This document shows positions 36,508-46,046 of a DNA stretch of 64,000 nucleotides, piece by piece (position 1 is the first letter of the stretch; each line of letters opens with the position of its first letter). Below the pieces are notes generated by a model. That model made no database searches, was not told the origin of the DNA, and was given only the letters and a program-made list of their open reading frames with translations. The stretch comes from an uncultured Candidatus Poseidoniales archaeon (lineage in GTDB: Archaea > Thermoplasmatota > Poseidoniia > Poseidoniales > Thalassarchaeaceae), in assembly GCA_964618995.1 (NCBI GenBank), contig CAZUBQ010000004.1, positions 14,601 through 78,600 on the forward strand. The letters run 5' to 3'. Position numbers and translations under genes: made by a program.

Positions 36508-36942
36508 TCAATTGAGGTCGACCGTAGCCGTGAGCGCGGCAATCTCCATGCGGGAGTGTCTGTCTGCTATGCCCACCTCTGCAGAGATGGAGAAAACACC
36601 GCTGTTGTTGCTCACGCTGATGCCCGTGAGCACAATCTCGACGCCACGGTGCTCTCCGTGGCGCATCAGGTCGTCCGCGGCGGACAGGGCGGCGGCTTCG
36701 CAAGCCGCATCCCAGTCATTGCCCGCGGCGACCAGGCCGGAGGTGCGGTTCTCTACCAGCGGCTGCCACACAGTGATCACATCGCTGCTTGTGTCCAGCA
36801 CATCACGGCTGCCCGTGTCGTAAGGCTCGCCGAGCCCAGCGACAGAGACGCCGTACCATGCCATAGACAGCAGTGAGAGCATCAACACGAGGCCACTGGC
36901 CAACAGCATCTGGCCCACATCTCTGCGATCATTCGAACGCAT
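36508..36942 (-). CDS. Pilin-like protein with a class-III (type IV prepilin-like) signal peptide.
   Basis: MRSNDRRDVGQ|MLLASGLVLMLSLLSMAWYGV has a short charged leader then a hydrophobic helix. The start overlaps the upstream stop in a TGATG arrangement. It is the last gene of the pilus operon. Confidence 0.45.
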   Translation of the reverse strand: MRSNDRRDVGQMLLASGLVLMLSLLSMAWYGVSVAGLGEPYDTGSRDVLDTSSDVITVWQPLVENRTSGLVAAGNDWDAACEAAALSAADDLMRHGEHRGVEIVLTGISVSNNSGVFSISAEVGIADRHSRMEIAALTATVDLN

Positions 36943-37418
36943 CAGGAACCACCTCCGGCGTGCCACACCTGCAGGCTGACCGTCCACACGACACCTTGGT
37001 CATGTACGAGTTCATGCACGCTGAGTGTACGTCCCAGAGGAGTACTTCCCCCTCCGTAGCGTGCCAACGGACCTCCGTCACGGGCAACCCAGCAGTTGCC
37101 AAGTACAGTAGATGGCAGCGAGGAGAGGAGTTCATTGCAGGCCACATCGAGGTCGCCTGCAGCGAGCAGTTCACCCATGCGACCTGTATGATTGGCGGAA
37201 TCGACGGCTGCGGGAGCGATTACCTGCACGAGCGCGTCCTCAGCGGCGAATTGGAGAGATGCGTCAGAGGCGGGTGAGACCGGGTCAGGAACCTGCAGCT
37301 GGATGATGAATGTGGCGGACATGAAGAACAGCCAGAAGAGCGTCAGCATCTCCAGCACGTGCACCTGTGCACACGCGTCCGAGCGAATACTTCGCTGATT
37401 GAAACCTTCGGCCTTCAT
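36942..37418 (-). CDS. Hypothetical membrane-anchored protein, possibly a pilin-like subunit of the Tad/Epd-type pilus.
   Basis: N-terminal charged segment (MKAEGFNQRSIRSD) followed by a hydrophobic helix (VHVLEMLTLFWLFFMSATFII). Lies 12 nt downstream of the TadC-like gene. Confidence 0.4.
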   Translation of the reverse strand: MKAEGFNQRSIRSDACAQVHVLEMLTLFWLFFMSATFIIQLQVPDPVSPASDASLQFAAEDALVQVIAPAAVDSANHTGRMGELLAAGDLDVACNELLSSLPSTVLGNCWVARDGGPLARYGGGSTPLGRTLSVHELVHDQGVVWTVSLQVWHAGGGS

Positions 37419-37430
37419 CTAATCACCTCG

Positions 37431-39005
37431 TTAGGTGACGATGAACGGAGCCAGTCCGGGGTTCAGGCCATCGTCGAGCGGGACCCCGATGAGGTCGGGG
37501 GAGAAGCATACCACGTTGAATGCCAGAATGGCAGAGATGAGCATCAGCCCAGCGTGCTTGCATCCGCTAGACAGTCTTCCAGTCGCCATCAGACCGGCCA
37601 TGATACCGTTGCCGAGCGCCTGCGCGCTCACCCCGTAGAAGAACACCACGAGGAAGAACAGTGGGTCTATGGCACGGATGACCATGTTGCCGATCTGGGC
37701 GCTCTCCTCACCGCTGTTAGACGAGGAAATCGCAGGGATGAACACCTTGGATAGCACGACAATGACGCCGAGGAACACGAAGAACGAGGTCCAGATGACC
37801 GCGATGTACGACGCAATCGCTCGCTCGCGCTCCAGTTCGAGGAACTTGATCTCGCGACTGTCGTTGGCGGCGGTCACGAGGATGTCGGAGATCTTTCCAC
37901 CGGCCTTGTTCGCCTCGTGGATGAGGCTGATAGCCCGTGTCACGAGCGGCGTTCCCACCCTATCTGCGAACATGTCGAGCACGTCCGCGAACGCCACGTC
38001 CCACGACAACTGGTCGGACATCTTGCCCACCTCGTGGTTCAACGCCCCGTACTCTGAGGTGGCTAACGTTCTCACCGCCAGCGTCATCGACAAACCACCC
38101 TTCCAGAACTCCGCCAGATCACGCAGGAAGTCCGGGAACTTCTGTTCCACCGCAGACAGTACCTTCATCTGCCGATCCCAGTAGATCGCTCCGGGGAATA
38201 CGATGAGCAGGAACCCATATCCGAAGAAGTTCACGAACAGGAAGGGACGCAACTCCAACGGCCCTAGATTCACCTCTGGCCCGATGAACAGCGAGGCGTT
38301 GTTCATGTAATTCGGGATGCCGTCGTACGAGTCGACCTCGATGGTCAACAAGAACGACTTCATGGGGGGCAGGCCGCGATCGAACTGCACATGCACCTCC
38401 CATCCTTCAGCGGTCTTCGCATCGGGTATCACGATGCTGCACGGATTAGCAGGGTCGCTCTCGGTAGGCTCCCAGTTTGTCACACTCTGCACTGTGAAGG
38501 GGTTGGTCGGTATACCAGCGTCGTTCGGCTCCCATATCGTAACGCTGTATGCGTAAGATTCGGAGGCTATCGCGGTGCAGGACATACGTAACTCCGTCTC
38601 AGGATGAGATAGAGTCCCCAGTCGATTAGGGTCCATCCCAGGTACGGAGAACTCCTGGCCCAGGCCCGGACCCTTCACACCCGGCCAATCGATAGCCCAT
38701 GTCTGAGTGCGTGGGCGCTCCTTCGTCAACCAGCAGGATTCGTTATCCGCGTAGTCTGGCGCAAGGTTGCTGTCGAATCCTTGCGCACCCGACATGCTGC
38801 AGAATTTGTTCACGAACAACGGATTGCCGTTGGTCGGTTGAAAGATGAGGTCGGTGTTCATCGCCCAGAATCCAAGGCAGAGCATGCCGATAAGGGAACT
38901 CGTGAGGGTAATCGCCCAGAAGATCGAGCCGGTGTTGTCGTCCTTCGGCAGTTCAAGGTCGACGCGGATCTTCTGCTTCTTTCTGCGCCCCCTTCTGCGT
39001 GCCAT
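37431..39005 (-). CDS. TadB/TadC (T2SS-F / FlaJ) family pilus platform protein with a large inserted soluble domain.
   Basis: T2SS-F-type helices (C-terminal LAVRTLATSEYGALNHEVGKMSDQLSWDVAFADVLDMFADRVGTPLVTRAISL) and a ~250-aa loop insert. Confidence 0.7.
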   Translation of the reverse strand: MARRRGRRKKQKIRVDLELPKDDNTGSIFWAITLTSSLIGMLCLGFWAMNTDLIFQPTNGNPLFVNKFCSMSGAQGFDSNLAPDYADNESCWLTKERPRTQTWAIDWPGVKGPGLGQEFSVPGMDPNRLGTLSHPETELRMSCTAIASESYAYSVTIWEPNDAGIPTNPFTVQSVTNWEPTESDPANPCSIVIPDAKTAEGWEVHVQFDRGLPPMKSFLLTIEVDSYDGIPNYMNNASLFIGPEVNLGPLELRPFLFVNFFGYGFLLIVFPGAIYWDRQMKVLSAVEQKFPDFLRDLAEFWKGGLSMTLAVRTLATSEYGALNHEVGKMSDQLSWDVAFADVLDMFADRVGTPLVTRAISLIHEANKAGGKISDILVTAANDSREIKFLELERERAIASYIAVIWTSFFVFLGVIVVLSKVFIPAISSSNSGEESAQIGNMVIRAIDPLFFLVVFFYGVSAQALGNGIMAGLMATGRLSSGCKHAGLMLISAILAFNVVCFSPDLIGVPLDDGLNPGLAPFIVT

Positions 39006-39028
39006 TCGGTTTCACCTCCTTCGCGTTT

Positions 39029-40150
39029 TCACATCTTCATCTCGTCGCTCATCATCCAAACGAGGATTCCGTAGGCGATGTGGATGACGGGCAGCACCCC
39101 CATCACCACGATGTAGACCATGTTCTCGGACAACTGGGCGCCGGATCCGGACACCCAGAACATGATGACGAGCATCACGATGAGGAACAATGGCATGGCG
39201 ACGGCGACCACGACGTAGGACTCCGCCATCATGGCGAGGGTCTCAAGGAAGACATGCAGCCTCACCCGGTTCTCGCGCATGTAGTGCTCGGCTCGGTTGA
39301 GGAAGTAGAGCTTCAGGTTGCCGCCCGAGGTGAGTGTGCCCACCATGCCTTGGAAGAACTCAGTCACCCACGGAGATGCCGCTCGGTCAACAGCCAGTTT
39401 CAATGCCGTTACCAGGTCCATGCCCAGCAACGAGACGTCACGATAGATCATCGAGGAGTCATGGGCGATGTCTCCGTAGATGTGCTCGTTCTGGGCAAGT
39501 GACCTGAAAATCCGGTCAGGCGTTGAGTTGGCGGCTGCCATGGCTGCCGTGTATGATGCCACGTACGGAAGATACTTCTCCAACTCGTAGCCGCGCTTGT
39601 TCTTCTCGCGAAGGGCGCTGTTCATGAAATGACGGTAGGCCATGAAAGGTATCAGCAGGCCACAGGAGAGAACCAATATCACCTTCCACGATTCTTGGAA
39701 CACCTTGGTCTCGTACTCCGGGCAACCGCCGTACGCTACAGTCTCTCCATCAGGACCTTCACCGCTCCAATCTATCGTTTCATCTACAGCTTCCTCGTTC
39801 CAGAACGCCCACTCGATGCACGGGATGACCGTTTCGGGGTTCTGCTGGTTCTCGAAGATGGCGATGCCTCCAATGAGTGGGAAGAACGCCAGAACGAGGA
39901 TGCCGATGCATACGATGAATGTTGCAATCGTACTCATGATCGACGAGGCCTTGTAGACCTCGGGCATGATGCGGATGTTAGCCTGTGACAGCAGTTGCTT
40001 GATCTCTCTGTCGTCGCGCGCCTTCTTGCGTATCAGGCGACCGAGAATGATGTTCGAGAAGCGCTGCCATCCTGACAGCGTCATCCCCTCGAAGCGAACC
40101 TTTTCCTCCTGCTCCTTCTTTGCCACTCGCGCTCCCCCTCGATACCTCAC
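39029..40150 (-). CDS. TadC/FlaJ-family (T2SS-F domain) pilus assembly membrane protein.
   Basis: YLPYVASYTAAMAAANSTPDRIFRSLAQNEHIYGDIAHDSSMIYRDVSLLGMDLVTALKLAVDRAASP is a T2SS-F domain signature. Overlaps the ATPase gene by 4 nt. Confidence 0.75.
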   Translation of the reverse strand: MRYRGGARVAKKEQEEKVRFEGMTLSGWQRFSNIILGRLIRKKARDDREIKQLLSQANIRIMPEVYKASSIMSTIATFIVCIGILVLAFFPLIGGIAIFENQQNPETVIPCIEWAFWNEEAVDETIDWSGEGPDGETVAYGGCPEYETKVFQESWKVILVLSCGLLIPFMAYRHFMNSALREKNKRGYELEKYLPYVASYTAAMAAANSTPDRIFRSLAQNEHIYGDIAHDSSMIYRDVSLLGMDLVTALKLAVDRAASPWVTEFFQGMVGTLTSGGNLKLYFLNRAEHYMRENRVRLHVFLETLAMMAESYVVVAVAMPLFLIVMLVIMFWVSGSGAQLSENMVYIVVMGVLPVIHIAYGILVWMMSDEMKM

Positions 40151-41682
40151 TGGAGGCCGTCGACACGAGCGAGGACAGCCTGCGGTCGGACGTAGTACTC
40201 CGTGATTATCTGGGCGACTTGATCCGATTTGCGGATGTCGTTGAGTACCATCCAGTCGAGGATACGCTTGCGCGTGCGCAACTCGTTGCGCATCTCATCC
40301 TGGTCCATGTTGATCTTCACCATGATCTTCTCAAGCACGTAGGACTTACCGCTGAAGTCGTAGTCGTCGCGGCCCGGGTCCCACTTGAACACCTCATTGG
40401 TGATTACCTCATCAGTGTGAGGGTCCACTCCGACGATCTCGACGGTCTGCTTGGTGCGGCGCACGCGCCGTCCGTTGATACGCGTCTGCATCTGGATTGA
40501 CACCGCCTCGAGCGCCGGGAGCAGCACGCGCGGGATGTCAATCGGTTTGTTCTCCAGCCTGTGCACGAGCGCAGCGACCGAGTCGGCGTGAACAGTCGAA
40601 TAGGAACAGTGACCGGTGGCCATCGCCTGGAACAGCACGTACGCCTCCACTCCACGAATCTCACCCACGATGATGTACTCCGGCCGCTCTCGCAGCGCAG
40701 CCTTCAGCAACTCGAACTCTCCGATTTCACCCTCGTCGGACTCACCACCGAATCCCTGCCGCGTCAGACCGGGGATCCAGTTGGGTTGTGGGATGTTAAT
40801 CTCACGCGTCGACTCGATGCTGACAATCTTCATCTGCCACGGAATGAACAGGCTCATCGCGTTCAGTGTGGTGGTCTTGCCGGACGCCGTTCCACCGACG
40901 AACAGCATCGAGATGCCCTGCTGGAAACATATCCACATGTAGGCGACCATCAGGCTGGTCATCGTGCGGAAGGCGATGATGTCGCACGGCGAGAACGGGT
41001 CCTCACGGAAGCGCCTGATACAGAATGTCGAGCCGCGTGTGGAGATCTCATGGCCGAGTTTCATCACGATGCGGCTGCCGTCCATCAGCGTGGCGTCCAG
41101 CAGCGGTTCAGCAACGGAGATGTGCTTGCCGCAGCGCTGGGCGAGCTTGATGACATAGGATTCCAATTCGGCGTCGTCAGGCCAAGCGATGGTCGTCTCG
41201 GTCGACTCGAATTTGCGGTGGTAGGCGAAGATGGGGATGCCTGTGCCGTCGAGTGAGATGTCCTCCACGTTGGCGTCGTTCATCAGCACGTCCATGCGGC
41301 CGTAGCCAATCAGGTCACGCTTCAAGTAGTAAAATATCTTTGAGCGGGACTTCTTGTTCACCCGCATGGAATACGACTTGATAATCTGGTCCATGGCGGC
41401 GCGCAGGTAAGCCACTGGGTCTGTTTCAATCTCAGCGATGTCGGCGGTCAGCGAACGGACGAAGATGTCGAGAATCTCCTCGAACTGCTCCTGCTCCTTC
41501 TTCGTCAGTGGGGGCTCGATAACCTGGTAGAGGATGTTCAATGTGCGCAAATCACGGACGATTCGTGCGAAGGCGTGTGGAGGCATGACCGGATATTTGT
41601 CCAGTTCCTCGTACTGCTGACGCTGCTGCTGACGCCGACGCCGTTGACGCTGGGGTCGTCCGCGCTTCTTCTTTCTAGCCAT
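40147..41682 (-). CDS. FlaI/TadA/VirB11-family type IV pilus (archaeal) assembly ATPase.
   Basis: LFVGGTASGKTTTLNAMSLFIP (Walker A), EIRGVEAYVLFQAMATGH (His box) and a FlaI-like C-terminal extension. The basic low-complexity N-terminus suggests the true start may lie further downstream (e.g. MPPHAF). Confidence 0.85.
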   Translation of the reverse strand: MARKKKRGRPQRQRRRRQQQRQQYEELDKYPVMPPHAFARIVRDLRTLNILYQVIEPPLTKKEQEQFEEILDIFVRSLTADIAEIETDPVAYLRAAMDQIIKSYSMRVNKKSRSKIFYYLKRDLIGYGRMDVLMNDANVEDISLDGTGIPIFAYHRKFESTETTIAWPDDAELESYVIKLAQRCGKHISVAEPLLDATLMDGSRIVMKLGHEISTRGSTFCIRRFREDPFSPCDIIAFRTMTSLMVAYMWICFQQGISMLFVGGTASGKTTTLNAMSLFIPWQMKIVSIESTREINIPQPNWIPGLTRQGFGGESDEGEIGEFELLKAALRERPEYIIVGEIRGVEAYVLFQAMATGHCSYSTVHADSVAALVHRLENKPIDIPRVLLPALEAVSIQMQTRINGRRVRRTKQTVEIVGVDPHTDEVITNEVFKWDPGRDDYDFSGKSYVLEKIMVKINMDQDEMRNELRTRKRILDWMVLNDIRKSDQVAQIITEYYVRPQAVLARVDGLQ

Positions 41683-41727
41683 TGATATGCCCCCGGCTCA
41701 GCGTGTTGCTCACCCTTTCCACGTCGC

Positions 41728-41744
41728 TATAACCTTTGGTTATA
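41728..41744. promoter_or_regulatory. Perfect dyad TATAACC-TTT-GGTTATA, 46-62 nt upstream of the pilus ATPase start. Candidate TATA/BRE element or operator.
   Basis: Palindrome seen directly. Its core AACCTTTGGTT recurs at 21824-21834. Confidence 0.35.
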
Positions 41745-41786
41745 GGAAGAAGGGGGACGCTGACATAGATGACAACCGCATCCCAG

Positions 41787-43409
41787 TCAGTTCTCGAACG
41801 CCGCCCGGCCCCATCTGCGCCCTAGCATGAACTGGAAGGCGAGCCCGAGAATCGTGATCGCCCCGCTCACCAGAAGAATGCCCTTCAGCCCACGGGCAGG
41901 GTCTGGATTGTCGTCCACCTCGATCAGTACCGCCGTCGTGGCGTTCAATCCCTGTTCGCGAACCTGGTCCCCCCAGTTCTCGTAGATGGCCATATCACCC
42001 TGCGTGAACGAGAGCAAGAACAAGCCGAGCAGGGGGACGATGGTACCTAGGTAGAACCAGCCCATGATTGAGACATCGAAGATTGCCTTGTTTGGACGCA
42101 GCCCCATCAGGAAGGCGGTCAGGCTGACGATGTAGATCGAGTTCGCCAGCATCACGATGAGCGCTGCGGGCAGCGCCCAAACCTGATCGAGCATCACCCC
42201 CATGGTAATCAGGAACAACACCGAGATCCACGTCGTGATGAGGAAGTAGACGACCACTTTGGCGCGCAGCAACTGTGGCACCGAGACAGGCAGACCATTG
42301 AGGAAGTCGGGTGGATCCATTCCGTTCAGCCAGGAATAGAACTGGAATCCGAAGAATCCGAGGAACGGGGCGTACGACAGCAGGTTGAACGGGATGGGGA
42401 AGGCTGCGAAGTCGACGAGCCAAGCCAGCAGTAGGAGGAACAGCAGCGGTACGGTGAACGAGACGAGCATCTTCACTAGTGTGCGACTGCGCCACAGGTC
42501 CACCAGATCCTTGGCGACGAGGATGCGCAGGGTCCCGTTGCCGAGGAACGGCAATCGCCCATGGATAGGTCCGTAGAGCTCCCTCTTCGACGACACGTGC
42601 ACCTCGAAATCAGCCGGAACGAGATGAGAGCCGGCGAACGCCAGCCCGAACGCCACCGGGAAGGCGATCAGAGGAATCCAGTGCGCGTGGGTGAACTGGT
42701 AGTGCATTCCAAGAATCAGCATCTGCATGGGCAGCACATCCAGAGCGAACAGCAGCGCGATGCCGATACCGAGTGCCGGCATGGTCCAGGTCCAGTGACC
42801 ACCGCGGCTGAACACCGCCGAGGCGAGGAAAGAGATAGCAAGCCCTTCAGACAAGGTTGCAGCCAGAGCGATGAATACCACCGGCAGAGAAGCCCATTCG
42901 AGTGGGGTGGACAACCCAGAGTATGACTCGAGCAGGATTCCCATCGCCATGCCGACGATCGTGGGGATCAGCAGTAGGAGGATGTAGTAGCAGACCTCTT
43001 TGACATAGTAGGCGAAGTAGTTGGTTGCGAGGTCAAGCGGTTGCATCGCCGGTGATGCCAGAAGGTAATTCTTGCCACCGGCACGCTGGGACACCATCAC
43101 TCGACCGATGAATGCGAACGAGCCCATCGAAAGTGCGAACATGAACATCCCTGCGTGCAAGAAGAACTTGAGCTGGTCCCAAGAGAACGCCTGCTGTTCG
43201 GAATTCGGGTCGATGAGCACCTCGCCGGTGAGGAAACGCAAGCCTACTGTGAGGATGAGTGAGAACAGTGTCAGCATCACTGGGAACATCAGGATGTTTC
43301 GCCGCTTGGCGAAGTCGGCGTTCTGCCGCCACTCCTCGCGGAACATCATCCGGAAAGTGACACCGAACGCCTCTTGCAGTGCAGGGGGTTCCCTGTTCCC
43401 GAACCCCAT
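41787..43409 (-). CDS. ABC-2-type transporter permease, large (about 12 TM).
   Basis: Polytopic membrane protein located immediately downstream of an ABC ATPase gene. Confidence 0.6.
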   Translation of the reverse strand: MGFGNREPPALQEAFGVTFRMMFREEWRQNADFAKRRNILMFPVMLTLFSLILTVGLRFLTGEVLIDPNSEQQAFSWDQLKFFLHAGMFMFALSMGSFAFIGRVMVSQRAGGKNYLLASPAMQPLDLATNYFAYYVKEVCYYILLLLIPTIVGMAMGILLESYSGLSTPLEWASLPVVFIALAATLSEGLAISFLASAVFSRGGHWTWTMPALGIGIALLFALDVLPMQMLILGMHYQFTHAHWIPLIAFPVAFGLAFAGSHLVPADFEVHVSSKRELYGPIHGRLPFLGNGTLRILVAKDLVDLWRSRTLVKMLVSFTVPLLFLLLLAWLVDFAAFPIPFNLLSYAPFLGFFGFQFYSWLNGMDPPDFLNGLPVSVPQLLRAKVVVYFLITTWISVLFLITMGVMLDQVWALPAALIVMLANSIYIVSLTAFLMGLRPNKAIFDVSIMGWFYLGTIVPLLGLFLLSFTQGDMAIYENWGDQVREQGLNATTAVLIEVDDNPDPARGLKGILLVSGAITILGLAFQFMLGRRWGRAAFEN

Positions 43410-43415
43410 GGCGGC

Positions 43416-44198
43416 TCACTCCTCTTCGTCTGGAGAACTATCGGCAACCGCTTCGACCTCGGCTACTGATGCCCCGACCAAGCGGATGAACACGTCTTCT
43501 AGGCTCTCGTCCTGAGTCTCTTTCAATTCATCAATCGACCCCGAGGCCAGCACATGCCCATGGTCGATTACCGCCACCCTAGTGCACAGTCGCTCGGCCA
43601 CTTCGAGAATGTGCGTACATAGGAAAATCGTGCCACCATCAACAATCATCTCCATCAGCAGTTCGCGGCACTTGCGTTGATAGATTGGATCGAGGTTGAC
43701 GAACGGCTCGTCAAGGAAGAGCAACTTCGGTTCGTGGATGAGCGCTCCAGCGAGCATCACCTTCTGTCGCTGCCCCTTCGAGAGATCCTTGCACATCGAG
43801 TCACTCTTGTCGTTGATGCCGAACCAATCGAGCCAATGTCGCACTTTTCCATCCACGTCGTCAAGGCCGCGCAGACGGGCGACGAATTCGAGGTACTCAG
43901 CCGCTGTGAGGTATGATGGAGGGGACTCCGATTCTGGAACGATTCCGACGTTGGCCTTCACCTTGCGCGCGCCCTTGCGCACGTCGACGCCGAGTACCCT
44001 AGCCCCGCCAACAGTCGGCTGCAACTGTCCAGTGAGGAGCTTGATGAAGGTCGATTTCCCCGCCCCGTTGGGTCCGAAAACACCGAAGAACTCCCCGGAG
44101 GCGACCTTGACGTTCAGTGGATGCAGGGCGACGAAATCGCCGAACGCCTTGCCGAGGTCGCGCGCTTCGACGAGCAGCCCGTCCTCCTCATCACTCAA
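43416..44198 (-). CDS. ABC transporter ATP-binding protein.
   Basis: GVFGPNGAGKSTFIKLL (Walker A), LSKGQRQKVMLAGAL (ABC signature), LLFLDEPFVNLD (Walker B). Confidence 0.9.
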   Translation of the reverse strand: MSDEEDGLLVEARDLGKAFGDFVALHPLNVKVASGEFFGVFGPNGAGKSTFIKLLTGQLQPTVGGARVLGVDVRKGARKVKANVGIVPESESPPSYLTAAEYLEFVARLRGLDDVDGKVRHWLDWFGINDKSDSMCKDLSKGQRQKVMLAGALIHEPKLLFLDEPFVNLDPIYQRKCRELLMEMIVDGGTIFLCTHILEVAERLCTRVAVIDHGHVLASGSIDELKETQDESLEDVFIRLVGASVAEVEAVADSSPDEEE

Positions 44199-44257
44199 CC
44201 AACAAGTCCCCCTGAGGCCCAGTCCACCCGCAGGATTGACTTAGCCTGAGCGGTTGG

Positions 44258-45115
44258 TCAGTTGCCGGTCCATTCGGGGTCTGAGCGGTCGAGGAATGCC
44301 TGAACACCAATCTCCTTGTCCTCGGTGTCGAACAGAGCGCAGAACTCGTCCCGCTCGAAACTCATACCCTCTGAGAGAGGGAGTTCGAGCGCGGCGCGCA
44401 CCGCCCGTTTGGCGACGCGGATGGTATGCGGCGACTTACTGGCTAGATTGCGGGCAATCGTCATCGTCACCTCTTCCAATTGCTCGGGTGGAAGCACGTA
44501 GTTGGCAAGCCCAACGCGGTGGGCTTCTGTCGCTGGCATCAGTTCGCCGGACATCACCATCTCCAGCGCCTTGCCGTAACCTACCAGGCGAGCAAGTCGT
44601 TGAGTGGCTCCACCACCTGGAATCAGCCCGAGGTTGATCTCGGGCGTTCCGAACATCGAGCGTGTGCTGGCGAGGATGATATCACATGAGAGCGCAAGTT
44701 CGCAGCCACCCCCGAGTGCGAACCCGTCGACCATGGAGATCGTCGGCTTGCTGATGTTCCACACAGCCGCCCACGGATCCGCCTTGAACGCCTTGCGAAT
44801 CTGCTTGCTGTCCACGCCTACGAACTCGCTGATATCCGCTCCGGCCACGAATGCTGGGGGCATGCCGCGCTCACCCTCTTCCGCTGTCGGTGGAGGAGCA
44901 CCGCGGATGATGACCACTCGCACGGAGTCGTTCTTCTCCACATCTTTCGCGGCGGCGATGATGGCGTCATTGACCTCGGAGTTGAGCGCGTTCAACTTGT
45001 CCGGCCGATTGATCGTCCAGATGGCGATGTCCGGGCCGTCTTCTGTATCGGCGTCGAGCGGAACGTGTTGCACGACAAGCACTGCATCGTCGCCCATGTC
45101 AACAACCTCGGTCAA
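44258..45115 (-). CDS. Enoyl-CoA hydratase (crotonase family).
   Basis: FVAGADISEF...MVDGFALGGGCELALSCDIILAS...PEINLGLIPGGGATQRL. Confidence 0.85.
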   Translation of the reverse strand: MTEVVDMGDDAVLVVQHVPLDADTEDGPDIAIWTINRPDKLNALNSEVNDAIIAAAKDVEKNDSVRVVIIRGAPPPTAEEGERGMPPAFVAGADISEFVGVDSKQIRKAFKADPWAAVWNISKPTISMVDGFALGGGCELALSCDIILASTRSMFGTPEINLGLIPGGGATQRLARLVGYGKALEMVMSGELMPATEAHRVGLANYVLPPEQLEEVTMTIARNLASKSPHTIRVAKRAVRAALELPLSEGMSFERDEFCALFDTEDKEIGVQAFLDRSDPEWTGN

Positions 45116-46014
45116 TCACCAATCTCGTCACGCATCTCATCCAACTTCGATTGTGCACCGGTCGGCGGTGGCGGCAACGGGAGACCATCCGGTGGTGGTG
45201 GCAGGTCGGGAAGTGCTTCCTCCTCATCCTCTTGCTCCGAGGCGGACACATAACCCTCGTCAAGCGGCACACGCACCTTGAGCACGCGCGCATCGTCCAG
45301 GCGAACGTAAGTCGCTCCATAGGGGTGCCCGGGCGCAACCTTCTCCGGCTCATCGAGCACCTCGAGGCCATGTCCCGGTCGGCTCAGCAGCGCCAGCAAA
45401 TCCTCACCATCGTCATGCTTGGCCCACATGCGGGCAGCTGAAGCTCGGATGTCCGCCAGTTGGCCGCGGCGACGCTTCTCGATTCTATCTTTGATTGCCG
45501 CCCGCTTGTCCCGTCGATCATCGATGAACTCCTCGATGTCGGCCTCTTCGAGCGTCTGCGCGTCGAGGTCAACGACATATTCCTCGGCAACGTGAATCTC
45601 GTCTTCGATGGCTTCCTCGTCGAGAACGACCACCTCATCCTCGTCCTCTTCTTCAGCGGAATCTTCGGCTGATTCGGCCTTCGCCAACTTGCGCCCTCTC
45701 CGTGTGCCTGCATCCTCCTCCTCGACCACCGGTTCGGGAACATCGATGCTGACGCTGGCAGCAGTTTCAGTTGCGGAAGTGGATGAGCGCGAGCGCCTCG
45801 AGCGCGCCCGTCTGCGGCTTTTCCTCTTCCCTCCGGTGAACAGCACGAGGCTGAACAGGACGAGAAGTCCAGCGGCGAACGCGATGTTGATGCGCGGGTC
45901 CTCCCATTCGCCGCTCATCATCAGGTAGAGGCCGGCACCAAGTACCAACGCCAACACCAGCAGCACACGGCCGAATGAAACCACGCTGACCTCTCCGGCG
46001 GATTGCAACTCCAC
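45112..46014 (-). CDS. Hypothetical N-terminally membrane-anchored, highly acidic protein.
   Basis: Two N-terminal TM helices, then a basic RRRARSRRSRS stretch and long Glu/Asp-rich tracts. No recognised domain. Confidence 0.45.
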   Translation of the reverse strand: MELQSAGEVSVVSFGRVLLVLALVLGAGLYLMMSGEWEDPRINIAFAAGLLVLFSLVLFTGGKRKSRRRARSRRSRSSTSATETAASVSIDVPEPVVEEEDAGTRRGRKLAKAESAEDSAEEEDEDEVVVLDEEAIEDEIHVAEEYVVDLDAQTLEEADIEEFIDDRRDKRAAIKDRIEKRRRGQLADIRASAARMWAKHDDGEDLLALLSRPGHGLEVLDEPEKVAPGHPYGATYVRLDDARVLKVRVPLDEGYVSASEQEDEEEALPDLPPPPDGLPLPPPPTGAQSKLDEMRDEIGD

Positions 46015-46046
46015 ATCCGCTTTGATGCTGACGGCGTTTCTGGTCG

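Noticed and set aside
41728-41744. TATAACCTTTGGTTATA palindrome interpreted as a dedicated operator.
   Set aside because: Not fully rejected. It may simply be two overlapping TATA-box-like elements of the pilus-ATPase promoter, so it is reported only as a low-confidence regulatory feature.
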